The translations under genes and the position numbers were made by a program. A stretch of DNA of 63,719 nt, filler included, from Catajapyx aquilonaris (taxonomy: Eukaryota): the NCBI GenBank assembly GCA_000934665.2. It is 2 parts of 2 records of this genome, joined end to end, with 100 filler letters (N's around TTAATTAATTAA, not from the genome) between each part and the next. Parts side by side here need not be neighbours in the genome. Positions count along the whole stretch, not along the records: positions 1 to 31,823 come from JYFJ02004486.1; 1 more part is not named here. One strand, given 5' to 3'. Below are positions 1-11,774 of the stretch, in pieces (within the stretch, counting starts at the first letter, position 1; each line of letters begins with the position of its first letter). The notes beneath the pieces were generated by a model, which was not told the origin of the DNA, did no database searches, and saw only the letters and a program-made list of their open reading frames with translations.

Positions 1-1156
1 GGTAGGCTTTGTGGTTGTGTGGTACCTTCGCTTCAGGGTTGTCTGAGGTTGGTAGGAGCACTATGAGAGCGGGATGGTGGGGACCAAAATGAAAGTGCGT
101 TCTTCCTAGCTCCGGCCATCAAGCCAACTGTCATTTATTCCTCTGTAGCAGCCACGCTCACGCTACAATTCCAAAATTGCAGCCACACTATTGGTCAAAA
201 CAATCCCAGTTAGCGTTTACTCATTCCAGCAGCAGACCCTTTTTTTTCTTCTCTCAGCCGCCGACCAAAATGACCATTGCTCCCTTTCTCTGATTGCGCT
301 GCAGTATCAGAGCCTCTGTTACCAGCAACCTCCTCTCCTTGACAAGACTGGCTGCTTGTGCCCGGCAACTGTTCCCTTATTGCTTGTGTCTGCTCATCCA
401 CAATCCTCTCCGGTTTATCTTCCAGTTGGTCTTCAACATTGTCGTTGACATCTGCTCCTTGACCATCCGAATCTTCAGAAGTATTCAAGATCATGTTACG
501 CAATGTTTCGGAGATCCTTTTCATCTCCTTTTCCGTCAAAATGAATGATGTGGTTAATCTGCAAAGAAAAGGCAACTCAATTATGCTGTTCGTGTCTATC
601 AAGTCGTTATAGGCGTACTTGTGCACTGTTCCTTGATATTTGTAGCAGGATTGTAGACTGTCTGGCCTGCCTGGCAGATATAATAGCTGTCTGAAAAGTA
701 CAAGGTAATTTTGAGGTTTAACACCACTTACAGTATAATACAGGGACTCTCCAATACATAAGTTAGCCTGCAGTGCAAGATCTGAGTTGACAAATGTGTA
801 TGCCAAGTAGAATATGTGCATCCAACTGCCCTTAGCTAGCACAACAACTTCTCAGAGCTAGCTGATGGATGGGCATCATAAACACAATAAGACTGAGTTT
901 TCAGTATTGCAGAGGTTCACAGTTTTCTTGGACAAATTCACTCACCACGCAACTGCGGGAGAAGCTTTTCCTGCAGAGCTATGTTCAGGAGCTTCTGATT
1001 TTGCTCTTCCTTTTATTGCAGTTGTATGTGCAATGACTTATTCTCTTTCTTAAGATTTGCAACTTCCTCTTGCAGCAAAGTGATGCTGGTCACTGGTGGC
1101 AGCATCAGTTCAGTAGCATCTTCAAGTTGCTGCTGTTCTGCATCAGACCTCTTTCG
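1..1156 (-). repeat. Left arm of long inverted duplication (partner 12672-14730); probably extends beyond window start
   Basis: Reverse complement of 1-1156 aligns to 12672-12989 + 13900-14730 (e.g. ggtaggcttt at 1 = rc of aaagcctacc at 14721-14730). ORFs 210..842(-) and 14054..14596(+) encode near-identical peptides. Confidence 0.95.
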
Positions 1157-1376
1157 GGCAGCTGTGAAAGTGGCCCCAGGGAAGTGACCACCTTTAGGTT
1201 TCCCACTAATTGTAAGTTGCCCCTTAGGCCGGTTTCACACGAGCGTTTTCTGTGCGGTGCGGTCGCCGTCCGGTTATTTTCCGCAGAGTCTCAGCATAGG
1301 ACACACACGAGACCTTNCCCCCCCCCCCCCCAAAGCGCATCCTAGAATGCACTGGAATGTGTCGAACATAGCTGTG

Positions 1377-3049
1377 ATGGACCCGGACGCCGAAAGTTTC
1401 ATTTCGGAGGTGCAGAAGCGGCCAGGCCTATATGTTTCGACGTCGGAGTATTGCAACAGGACGACTAAGCAAGCACTATGGGAGGAGGTCTGTGGACAGC
1501 TCATCCCCAACTGGACCGACATGGACCAAAAAGAAAAGGACAAATCTGGTGAGCCAAACTGTTTATTTGTGACGTGCTGTAGGGGGGCACAAGGTTTGTG
1601 TCTAGGCAAAATGATGAAATCTGACATCACTACACAGGCGCGTACATAATATAACATAGTCTTTCACATGAAAGCGTACAAAAACAAACCAGCAGCTCCC
1701 ACGGATCGGGTCATAGACAACAACAAGAGAGCTGGAATTTAAACAGTCAGCAAACTATGTATGATGGGGGAAAAGTTAATTGTGCATGGGGGCAGGGCAA
1801 ATGCGAACCAAATTACCGGTTGATTTGGTCCATCTGCCATGAGACTTCACCGCGAGGAGAAAGGAAGTAGTCAGCAAAATAATCCCTCACATCCAGTCCA
1901 ACAGATTCTGGTCTTGTGCACCTACTCGGAATTGCATGCAATTCGAAAAATTGGTCTGCTGATAAAACTGGTTTGCTACTGCAAGCCAGTCGGCTTCCGT
2001 CTTGAATCCGATCACTGCATCAGCCATAACGTCCCAAATTGCATCACAGGTGTGTTCCACGATGCCAGATATCGTGGACACGCCCAGCAGGTAGTCGAAA
2101 TGCAGGTTATTCCAGTCGCCAGGAATCTGTAAAATGTTGTAGTTAGAGAGGTTTACGTCACGGATTAGTGTAGTTCATGTAAGACAGAATATTTCGGTAT
2201 TGCGTAACATTGCATGAAGCTGGTGCCACCTGCATGTTGTTGCTAATTATAACAATGTGATATTCTGTTTGCAGTGAGTCAAGCGCAGAAGCGCTGGAGG
2301 AATCTGAGGGACGCTTTCAAGAAAGCCCTTAGGCAAGAGACCAACATCCCCTCTGGAAGTGGTAGGAAGAACAAGAAGCAGTACGTTTATTTTAACCAGC
2401 TCTCCTTCCTTGAAAGCACCACGACATCGCGAAGGTATGTGGTATTGCCTCTCTCCTGATGTGCACAACTTTACCTATGCCATACTAACTTGCGTTGTGT
2501 GATTGTAGGACCTTGGGGTGCCCGCCTGCACTCGCTCAGGCTGACGTTACGATCACGGAAGGAGAGGATGTTACGGAGGAGGACGGTGATAGTGAAGGCG
2601 CTGCGGATGATGGGGATGACGACGTACATGGGAGCGATGGTGGTGCCCTTTCCCCTGATCAAGTACGAGCAAGCAGTACAGCTGGACCTGGCAGTGGCCG
2701 CCCAAAAGGCCGAAGACCGAAGAAGCAGAAAGTTACTACTTTTGAATCGAGGATGCTGCACCTTCTTCGGGAGAAGAATACTCCTGAACCCAGCGCAGAC
2801 AAATCCTTTCTGATGTCCCTTCTCCCAACCCTAGCAAGTCTCCCCGAAAATCAAAAATTTGCCGCAAGAAGAGCCCTCATGGACGCCCTGGAGAGATTCA
2901 CAATGAATCCACCTCCCGCATCCGCACCACCCCCATTACCATACCACAGCAATACTACCCATATATGTATGTACCCGACCGAACCCAACCAATACCCAAC
3001 CTATCACTATGCGATCCCTCCAGCCGATACACCTTCAGGCCCCCACTGA
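1377..3049 (+). CDS. Harbinger accessory MADF (Myb/SANT-like) + BESS-like protein, 3 exons (1377-1548, 2275-2434, 2509-3049), ~290 aa, frame intact
   Basis: FISEVQKRPGLY..KQALWEEV / AQKRWRNLRDAFKK..YVYFNQLSFL (MADF); DKSFLMSLLPTLASLP (BESS-like); GT-AG introns with compatible phases. Confidence 0.88.
1813..2128 (-). pseudogene. Harbinger transposase exon remnant (DDE core deleted) inside MADF intron 1
   Basis: Minus strand: acceptor then FLATG..HFDYLLGVSTISGIVEHTCDAIW..TNFSNC, then jumps to the C-terminus VRDYFADYFLSPRGEVSWQMDQINR*. Confidence 0.85.
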
Positions 3050-3117
3050 TATTTTGTTGATATTATTGTGCATCAGGGTAATAAAAAGCTGAGTAATAAT
3101 TATGTGGTAATCATATC

Positions 3118-3180
3118 ACTGCGAGCCTTTCTTCGGGGGGTACAGCTCGACGCATGTTGGTGTCTTGGAATGTGATAGAG
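3118..3180 (-). pseudogene. Harbinger transposase N-terminal exon remnant
   Basis: Minus strand reads SITFQDTNMRRAVPPEERLAV, the motif that precedes RFLATG in HARBI1-like transposases. Confidence 0.8.
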
Positions 3181-3755
3181 GGTCGCAATCGCACAGAAAA
3201 CGCTCGTGTGTAACCGGCCTTAAAATGCACAAAATAATGGCACAATATACACTACTTTGAAACACTGATTGCTATTTTTAAATTTGATAAATAAATGAGC
3301 GCGCATCAGGACGTTGCAAAAACCTTCATGGAAATTAGGTGTGACACATATATGGCCAGGCATAATGAAGCACCTGCAACTCAGGAAAGTAATGGTAGTT
3401 TTGAATTTACATACCAACTTGTTAGGCGGTGATTGCACAAAAACCTTATATTTTTTTAATGCTCATGCAAACGCTCTTGCACCGCTTCATATGGATGTAT
3501 ATAGGCCTATTACCCCTATGTAAATTATAAAGATGTTGAGTGAATGGAAAAATGGTATGTGATGGCATTTTAAAATTATTTCTCTCGGATTCAGCACCGG
3601 GCAACATATCGAAGTGGCACTTTTTGGAATTTTCAAACATTTTTTCCATTGCATCAGGCCTGTAATAGTGCTGTACATATTTAAAACACAGGCATTTCAT
3701 GCTTCACATGTACTGTACAACACACCCCTGGCCATAGAAATTCTGCTGGGAATTG

Positions 3756-3929
3756 GTGTGAGGACACGACGAAAAATCCGACCAGGAGCAACACACTTAC
3801 ATAGCGGCCCCGGAGCCGCCCCCAAACCACAGTTCGCCCTTGGTCACACTCGACACCATTGAAACGCATTGCAGTTGTGTGAGGACACGGCGGAAAATCC
3901 TACCTAGAGCAACGCACTTACATAGCGGC
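3756..3929. repeat. Two imperfect ~53-bp direct repeats, 121-bp spacing
   Basis: gtgtgaggacacg..aaaatcc..gagcaac.cacttacatagcggc at 3756-3808 and 3877-3929. Confidence 0.8.
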
Positions 3930-4389
3930 ACCTATATTTTGCCAAACATCGATGAATGATAAATGATAGAAATATTTATTTTTTTAAATGTCTGGTGGTA
4001 ATGGGAGAAAGTGTTCAATTTCCTGACATGTTTTCCTCGGAAATGTCAGGGGGGAGGGGGGGTTCCCCCTACATTTCCACAGGTCAAGTAGCTGCTACTT
4101 ATTGGCAAGTGCAAATGGCGACCTCTATTGATTTTTCAAACGTATTGATCACTATCTTGCATATTATAGCTGCTGAGTGCAGTAATTGGAATTTGTCCAC
4201 TTCAGATGGTTGTAAAAGCAATTTTTTAATTATACTTGCAAGAAGTTATGAGCTGTAGTGTTGCATTGCAGAGTAGGATATGAATAAGAAAGTGTGGAAA
4301 GTTACATATTGCAATCTAATTGACATTCTTTTTATAATGAACCTTCATGCATTCCAGAATCTCCCTCTAGCATACATGTGCACCATGAA

Positions 4390-4552
4390 GCTGGAGAAAA
4401 GCATGTGCCAATTTCACTGGGAGAAATTTTGGCTTTTGCCACAGGGGCTGAGGAGGAGCCACTGCTGGGGTTCGATCCACAACCCAGCCTCGTGATTGAG
4501 CCAAGAGCCTCGGAGAAAGACACAGCGGCCTTGCCTTTCGGAAATACCTGTC
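4390..4552 (+). pseudogene. HECT E3 ligase C-lobe fragment (G2E3-like)
   Basis: SLGEILAFATGAEEEPLLGFDPQPSL..LPFGNTC, including the catalytic-Cys NTC motif. Confidence 0.7.
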
Positions 4553-5948
4553 AGTCTGCACCAAAAAAGGAAACGGAAAGCGAGTCTGGGACAAGAATCA
4601 CGTCTGTTTCTATTGTGAAAAAAAAAGTGAAAATCTCTCGCCATATCATCTCAATGCATTCAGAGGAGCTTGATGTTGCAGCGGCAAAGGCAAAAAAAAA
4701 AAAGGAAGTAAAGCGCGAAAGAATGCTTTAGAAAAATTGACAAGATTGGGTGACTTTTACCACAACCAATCCGTGCTGACCTCTAACTCGGGCTCACTGA
4801 TACTTTTGCGAAGGCCTACCGAGGAGGGAACGCATAAATTTATGCAAAAGCATAAAGGATTTGGGGCCATGCCCATATTGCTTGGGATTTGTTACAAAAA
4901 CCGACTTGTGGCGCCATGGGAAAAGATGCCCCTTTAACACTAAGGGCAAGGAGGAGGATGATGATGGCGGAAAAAGGGGAGAAAAGAGCATTCAGATGCA
5001 GAGCCTGCTGCTCATGTTCCCCTTTACATCTGATGCCATGAGGCAGACGTTCGACAAAAGTATTCTGGCCACAATGAGGGATGATGGAATAACAAAAGTT
5101 GCCTGCAGGGACACGACTATTGTGTCCTTGGGATTCTTCTTATTTCAGAGATACGGGGAGAAGCAAAAGCAACTTATCTCTCAAACTATGCGGCAACTGG
5201 CACGCCTGCTCTCTGATTTACGTTCAAATGCAAGCATTGACAATGCCAAGAATAAAATTAATTCAAGTGACCGGCAAACGAGGGAGAACTGTGCCAATCC
5301 TGCTGACAGCAGAAGCCGCAGAAGCTGTCCAGTGGCTAATGAAGAGGAGGCAAGAAGTTGGGGGTGGCCAATCCTTTTGTATTTGCTCGAGTACATGGAA
5401 ATTCAATGCAATCACTTCGTGGCCACGATTGCCTAAAAGCAGGACTCGAACATCAGCTCCGATGAGGACAAAGGTGAGTGTTTCGTGCATTCCATAGTGA
5501 AGTGGATCATGCGATCTATTTCTTAGGTGAAAAGTTGCCCTTTGCTCGGTTTGACGCATTTTGTCCCACCTTTCAGGCAAAGGAAAACGGAGCAGAGCCC
5601 AACACAAAGTCTCTGGAAAGACACGTAAGCCCACTGGAATACTTTTACTGCCCACTGTTAAAATGTGTTTTGGCATAAAAGTTTCAGAAATCCAACAGGA
5701 TGAGTTAAATTTAAGAGTTATTCTTTACTTTGTTTCTTGCAGGTGTGAAAAGGCAAGGCTGGGATCCGAAAGAAAAAGCAAAAGTTTTGCACTTCTTCAA
5801 AATACCTATAAGAAAAGGGTGTGTACCCAGAAAAGAAGTATGTGAAAAATGCATCTCCACCCATTCCATTACTCGCACATGGAAAGACATTAAGAATTGT
5901 GTGCACAATGAAATAGACCGTAGAAAAGGGAAGAGAAATGGTATTTGA
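4553..5948 (+). pseudogene. Degenerate metazoan tyrosine-recombinase-like protein (PTHR33480-type), frameshifted and deleted
   Basis: HVCFYC..KISRHI..H, GDFYHN, PCPYCLGF..LWRH..C, ISQTMRQLARLL, GKRGRTVPILL, LRGHDCL, and C-terminal W..KEK..V..FF..VPRK..C..RTWKDIKNCVHN; recognised from memory of the family. Confidence 0.6.
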
Positions 5949-5963
5949 GCCATTAGTTAGTGG

Positions 5964-6099
5964 TAGAGAGTCTTAAAGGAGAGAGTCGCCAACCTGTTAT
6001 GTAAGGTCGTCTCTGATTCGTTTGAGTAATACATTACTCCAGCGAATCAGAGACGACCTTACATAACAAGTTGGCGACTCTCTCCTTTAAGACTCTCTA
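5964..6099. mobile_element. 136-bp palindromic MITE, hAT-like (TAG..CTA ends, 8-bp TSD)
   Basis: Nearly perfect foldback tagagagtcttaaagg..cctttaagactctcta; TSD gttagtgg at 5956-5963 and 6100-6107. Confidence 0.92.
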
Positions 6100-6856
6100 G
6101 TTAGTGGGCACTATTTCCATCAGTTATGCTGGTGCTCCTCCTGCCTTCCCCACGTTCTCATCTCCTCACCCCCCTCCCTTCCCACCCCCCCCCCTCCTGC
6201 ATACCGCTAGCTATCTGACTGAAGCTGCGATTGCATTTCATACAAATACTAATATTATTTATTCCCCTGGCTGCCAAGGCTCAATACGAAAGAGCCATAC
6301 AAGCCAGGCATTTCCCTGAACACCAACCAACCAACCAACCAACCCAACTTTCAAATCTGCGGGGAGCTCGTAGGAAGTAGGGAGCTCATTCTGCCACCAG
6401 CTAGCAGCAGCCAGCAGCAGCTTCACCCACGATTTTATTTTACATTTTAAAATGTCTTTTGCGGTACAATCTCTCATGGTGGAAGTCAATGATGGTACTA
6501 GTAGGCCTTGGCCCCACCAGGTTGTTGTCATGCCAGGCGATGGTTCGTGTCTGTTCCATTCCATTTCTTATTCCATCTATGGGAACACTGACTCCTCGCA
6601 GGAGGTCAGGTCAGCAATTGTCAAGTATGTGGCTGACAAAGTCTATACTTGCGATGAGCGTGGTATGACCTACTCCAGCCGAGAGACCTACACCCAAGCC
6701 ATGTCTTGCACGTCCACGTATGGCTCTGTTTCTGAGCTGATGGCGGCAGGTGATATCTTTCCCTTCACCTTTGAGGTGTATGAAAATTGTCAGCTGAGGG
6801 GGCGTTTTCAGGGAAGTACCGGATGTCCCGTGAAACGTTTGCGTTTTACAGGAAGT

Positions 6857-6857
<1 letters not shown>

Positions 6858-6916
<59 letters not shown>

Positions 6917-7011
6917 TTTATTCCCATTCACCCCTTAGGGTACTTGAGGGAAGACTTCCCTTGATACACGTTTACAATCACTCATTAATGCTGCCCTTAC
7001 TTACAAGATTA
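6858..7011 (-). mobile_element. 5'-truncated non-LTR retroelement 3' end with (ATT)n tail and 14-bp TSD
   Basis: TSD ttttacaggaagtt at 6844-6857 and 7012-7025; AATAAA then (ATT)n on the minus strand; removal restores the OTU frame RFTGSCLSGHYDVL. Confidence 0.88.
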
Positions 7012-8559
7012 TTTTACAGGAAGTTGCCTATCCGGTCATTATGATGTCTTGGTCCCTCTAAACGATCCCTCTACTGAACCAGTACATGGTGCTCATGGTT
7101 CTCCAAGTCAACCTAGTTTTACAAACAGTGTTTGCAATGACGACAGTGTCAAGAAAAGGGGTAGGCCACTTAAGAACAGAAGGGGCAGGCCTAAGACGTC
7201 ACGAGTTCACGTTCTCAACAACTCCAAGCAGCTTCAGCCCGTTATCGTCAAAAACGCCCAGAACAGCGCCGAGAGGCAGTAGCACGCTATACTGCTTCAC
7301 ACCCGGACGTTCACCGGCAGGCTGTGCGCAGGAAAAGGTCAAACAATAAACTACACTTTAAAGGTAATGTCGAAAGAATTGTCAGAAAGGCTTCAGAAAT
7401 AACAGGGGACCGGTTGGAAGCCGAAAAACTTATTAAGTGGGTTCTACACCGTAGACAGCTTACCTTAGGGAACCTCCGCAAAACAGTGGAGCGTTTGAAA
7501 GGAATACTTACTCTGGGGCTAGAGAGACTCAGCGTCTGCCCTACAGGCGCCAACATTACCGAGCGATATGAGGCATTACTGGGAAAATATGAACATCGGG
7601 ACAATCAGGAGTCATTTCATTGGGAACAGACCTACAAGGTGCATGAATCTAAAGACACACCTATTCAAATTGATGGGAGTGGTACAGCCATCTTTGTTGA
7701 TGTTCAAAAACATTACTAAGGTATGGTATGGTCTTGTCATTCTTTGTGTGCGCTAGATGAGCCTTCATTGTTGAGATTGAAGGACATTTTCCTCGAATTG
7801 GAGAGCAATACACCGGCACAACTTTTCTCGATGTCGACAGAAACGAAGCAACTACATGATCGCATTACCTTAGTCGCGGGAAATGGGCTTTGAGAGAATT
7901 GACAAAGGACAATTGTACGACGCTTGTACCTTATACAGAGCGAATGCGAGTCAGTCAGGTCATTGGATCAGGCCTTGGAAAATGGGGACGTCGAGAAGAT
8001 GAAAGACCTGGGGAAGCAGCCAAAAGAACCAAGTGCAGGTGTCTCTGTCGAAATGGAAGATGCGGGTGAAATGGATGACATCATCGATAAACACATTTCC
8101 GCATTTAAATTGTTCAGCAAAAAAAAGATCTCGACACACCCCGACTTGAATGCATTTCTTGCCATAAACTTTGTTCTTCTAGAGATGTTTCCACCATAGG
8201 ACGGCTGAGAAAATCCATATCCACGGATGTCTGGGATCGGCTTCTTCATTATCACCATTCAAATAATATTACTCAAGAGTCCTTTTATATGTCATTCCTG
8301 CCTTCACAAAATTCGAGCTAATGAACTGCCTCCTACTTGCGTACTCAACGACCTATATGTCGGAGAAGTCCCGTCGACAATAAGTCAGCTTAACGACTAT
8401 GAGAGGCTTTTGATTCAGCGTGCTAAAGCATTTCAATTCGTTACATCTATGGTTCCAGTAGCTAACAAACGCATACCTAATCTCCCATTGCCCCTGGCTG
8501 AAACGCTAAGAAAGCTACCCAAACCACAAGATCCCATAAAACGATTGTGTGTTTACAGC

Positions 8560-8778
8560 AAAGTAGGATCTCGACAGAGGACTTCCTGTAACAACGTAGC
8601 TGAAGTTGAACTGACTTAGTTAAATGATTCAGGCCCACTAACCATTAGCAAAGCGAAGAAAGAGGACCTTTTCAGACTTTGCAGGTCACGAACGATTCCC
8701 ACTACATACCACAGCTTTTATGAGAATCTTAAAGTAAGCCATGCAAGGGATGAAACAACCGATGACAGCGATGACTAA
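8560..8778 (+). pseudogene. C-terminal fragment of a Sola1-like transposase, sitting where the Helentron Rep domain was
   Basis: PLTISKAKKEDLFRLC..IPTTYHSFYENL..acidic tail, stop, AATAAA. Confidence 0.55.
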
Positions 8779-11774
8779 CGCTAGTGCAATAAATATCAAT
8801 TGATGAAAAAGATTATTTATTTATTCATTCCAACCCTCCTGTCCTTTGTACTACGCAGTGTAAGTACTCCAACAGTGTAACAACACAGATGTGGTGGTGG
8901 CGGTGAACTAAGGTAAGTGTATAAATCAATTAATTATTGTATCAATAAGACTTCATTTCAGGTACCGCTGAACTGGTAGTCTTTATAGCTGTGCCTGTCA
9001 TGCAAATCCGTCAAAAAAAAACGAACAATATCTACTATCCTTGTTGCCAAAAGCTATAATTAAGATCTGCAATATTTTCCAATTGCTCTCCTGGAAAAGT
9101 TGTAAAATTGAGTTGCCATAATTCACTCCCAAGGGGACGATTGTTACTAAGTACACGACAAAGAGTGAGAAAACGCACGCTATGGACACCTTCAATGACA
9201 TCAACTCGACTAAGTCTTTGAGAAGTCGGTTGTACAACATCGGCCTGCGGGTTTTGGGGAACAGAGAATGTGGGGCTCCGGAAGCCAGTGACACTCTCTT
9301 GGGCATCCCGTTACATGGCACCGATCCTCACACTACAATTAGGTGGCTGGATGTCATTCATCTGGGCTCTGGATTTGACCCTTCGGTTCCGGTGGATGTT
9401 ATGCTCGATCCCACCTCCACAGACATATACTATGAGTCCTGGATCGACAACCACTACCCCGCCAGGCCTAAGGATTTGGAACTTGTTAATCTGTACAATT
9501 TTATGAAGGATTACGATATCGTAACAACACGACCCGCTTCAACAACTGCCCAATTCTATGTTCTAGAAGACGGGGAAAAGTTTCTCAGGAAGAGGGACAG
9601 GCCATACCTCATAAACCACTACCATTACGATGTCGAACAAGTGCCAGAAAAGTACTTTTTCGCACTCCTTTTGATGTTCAAACCATGGCGGGACATCCAG
9701 GAACTCAAAATGGGGTTCCAAACTTACACGGAAGCATTTCATTCCGCCCTGGATCAATTAAGGGATGGCCTTCACTACGGAAACCTTCGCACAGAATTGT
9801 TCAACAATCTTCAGCTAGCTTTCGAAAAGGTGCAGGCCAAAGTGGCTGAGCTCAATGAAGTAGGTCAGGATAATGTGGAGGAAGGTGATGGTCCTGACAA
9901 TCCTATCCAGTTCGACCCCTTGGAAGCAGTCAGTGCCATGGAGGATTTACTTCGGATGGACTGTGCGGAACAACTCAAATCCTACGAGGATCTTCAGGGT
10001 CTCATACAAAATTTAAATGTTGACCAGAAAAGGGTCTTCGACATGGTCAGCAGAACAATGGAAAATTATACTACTCGCAATCTCATTTTGCGTTGCTTTG
10101 TTAGTGGCACTGGCGGCACAGGGAAGAGTTTCTTAATAAAAACTATCAAAGCTTGGGTCCAGCTGCATTTGAACAAAAAGGTGGCAGTGAGTGCACCCAC
10201 TGGCATCGCGGCGTACAATGTCAATGGTTTAACCATTCACAGATTGCTACAGTTGCCAGTCGAACACAAGCGCACGCCCACATATAAGTCTCTTTCTGAC
10301 GAAGTTCTCAAACTTCTCAGGTCTGACTTGAAAGATGTTGTCCTACTTATTATCGATGAGGTGTCCATGATTTCCAACGTCACGTTGGCCTACATCCATC
10401 TTCGACTGTCCGAAATCTTTGACACAAGTGACCACGAGGATGGGTGGTTCGGAAAAATTAACATTCTTGTCCTAGGGGATCTCTTGCAGTTACCCCCTGT
10501 CAGAGAAAATTCTCCTTTCGAATCCATGTCTGCTTCAGAGGTCAACAAGTTACTAGGATCGCTTAGTGTCCCAAATCTATGGAGGGAATTGTTCACCTAT
10601 GACGAGCTCACATGAGGCAGCAAAATGATTCCACTTTTGTCGACATTTTAAACAGAGTCAGAGTAGGCGTCACAACACAAACGGACCGTCAAGTTCTCTC
10701 CAAAAGATTGATTCCGCTGCATTCAGATTCCAACGAGGGCAGACTTCATGAAATCTGTCAATGCCTATCCAAACTACCACAGGACACTGTTTGCTTGCTG
10801 CCAACTCGAAACATGTGTGACCAGTTAAACAACGCCATGCTCAAAGCCATTCCTCGTCCCGAGATCAGACTTATAGCAACTGATACTGTCGATTGTCCGT
10901 GGTTCCTCTCGAAAAGAGCCCGGGAAGCCCTAAAATCACATCAGGAAGACTCTTCTATGACAGCTGGGTTAGAAGCAACCCTACTTATAAAGGAAGGAGT
11001 CAGGGTAATGCTGAAGAGGAACATTGATGTCAGTTTGGGTCTGGTTAATGGTTCCATAGGGACTGTAGTGCAAGTGAGATGGGATCCGGACGACATCAGG
11101 AAGACTAGAAGTCTAGCTATAAAATTTAATAATGGCCTAGTGCATGAACAAGGGAGAGTGACATCAAAATTCGAGGTCATCGATAGAGCCTATGTGTACA
11201 GGGAACAATTCCCAATTTGTGTGGGGTATGCCATTACCATACACAAGAGTCAAGGCATGAGTCTGACTAATGCACTAATCGATATTGGTTCCTCTGTCTT
11301 CTCGTGCGGTCAAGCCTACGTGGCTCTTTCCAGAGTTAAAAGTCTCAACGGAGTGCATCTCATCAATGCCTCCTTTACTAACATCAAGGCTCAAGAGTCA
11401 GCTATTCTGGAGTACGATAGATTGAGATCTGTTTACCGACCAGACTTATCCATACTCAAAAGAGCTAATAAGGCATCGACAGAAGTGGTTAAGGATCGCG
11501 AATGGGCTATGCGACCAGGTGTAGCAGATGTCCAATTCGCACAACCAGGACAGAAAAAAAAGAAGCGTACTATGAGAAAGCAGAAGAAAATCACACCTAA
11601 CCAGAGGAAAAGATAGAGTTTCACATACTTTCGTAATAACCTACACATTTTGCTCCAAGTTATTCATTACCTTATTTGGAATATTTAACGGACCATTGCT
11701 TCCACGCCCAACCGTAGGGGGCTCCCCGAGCTTTCTTATTATCCTACACCCCTGCCTACAAAAAGAGGTGAGAT

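Larger units (their letters stand above)
1227..3219. mobile_element. PIF/Harbinger element, internally deleted, with TIRs and TTA TSD
   Basis: ~30-bp TIRs (ggccggtttcacacgagcgttttctgtgcg / cgcacagaaaacgctcgtgtgtaaccggcc); TTA at 1224-1226 and 3220-3222; contains a MADF gene and transposase remnants. Confidence 0.95.
6452..11616 (+). pseudogene. Helentron/Helitron2-type RepHel gene: OTU protease, AT-hook-like motifs, Cys-rich region, most of Rep deleted, Pif1 helicase
   Basis: OTU PGDGSCLFHS..GHYD; KRGRP/RGRPK; tail of Rep (TKYTTKSE, NRECGAPEA); Walker A GTGGTGKS, IIDEVSM, GDLLQLPPV, QFPICVGYAITIHKSQG, GQAYVALSRV; frameshift at ~10612. Confidence 0.92.

Noticed and set aside
4553..5948. YR-like protein as a shufflon-type invertase causing the micro-inversions
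   Set aside because: The gene is broken, and inversion ends share no common site (TA, TGA, ACTTA, CCTT), only 1-5 bp inverted microhomology.
6858..6916. Poly-Asn / poly-Ile protein tract
   Set aside because: It is the (ATT)n tail of a retro-insertion with a 14-bp TSD.
11690..11745. Helentron 3' hairpin and subterminal repeat
   Set aside because: A ggggg-ct-cccc stem is present, but a partner subterminal repeat near 6100 could not be convincingly matched.
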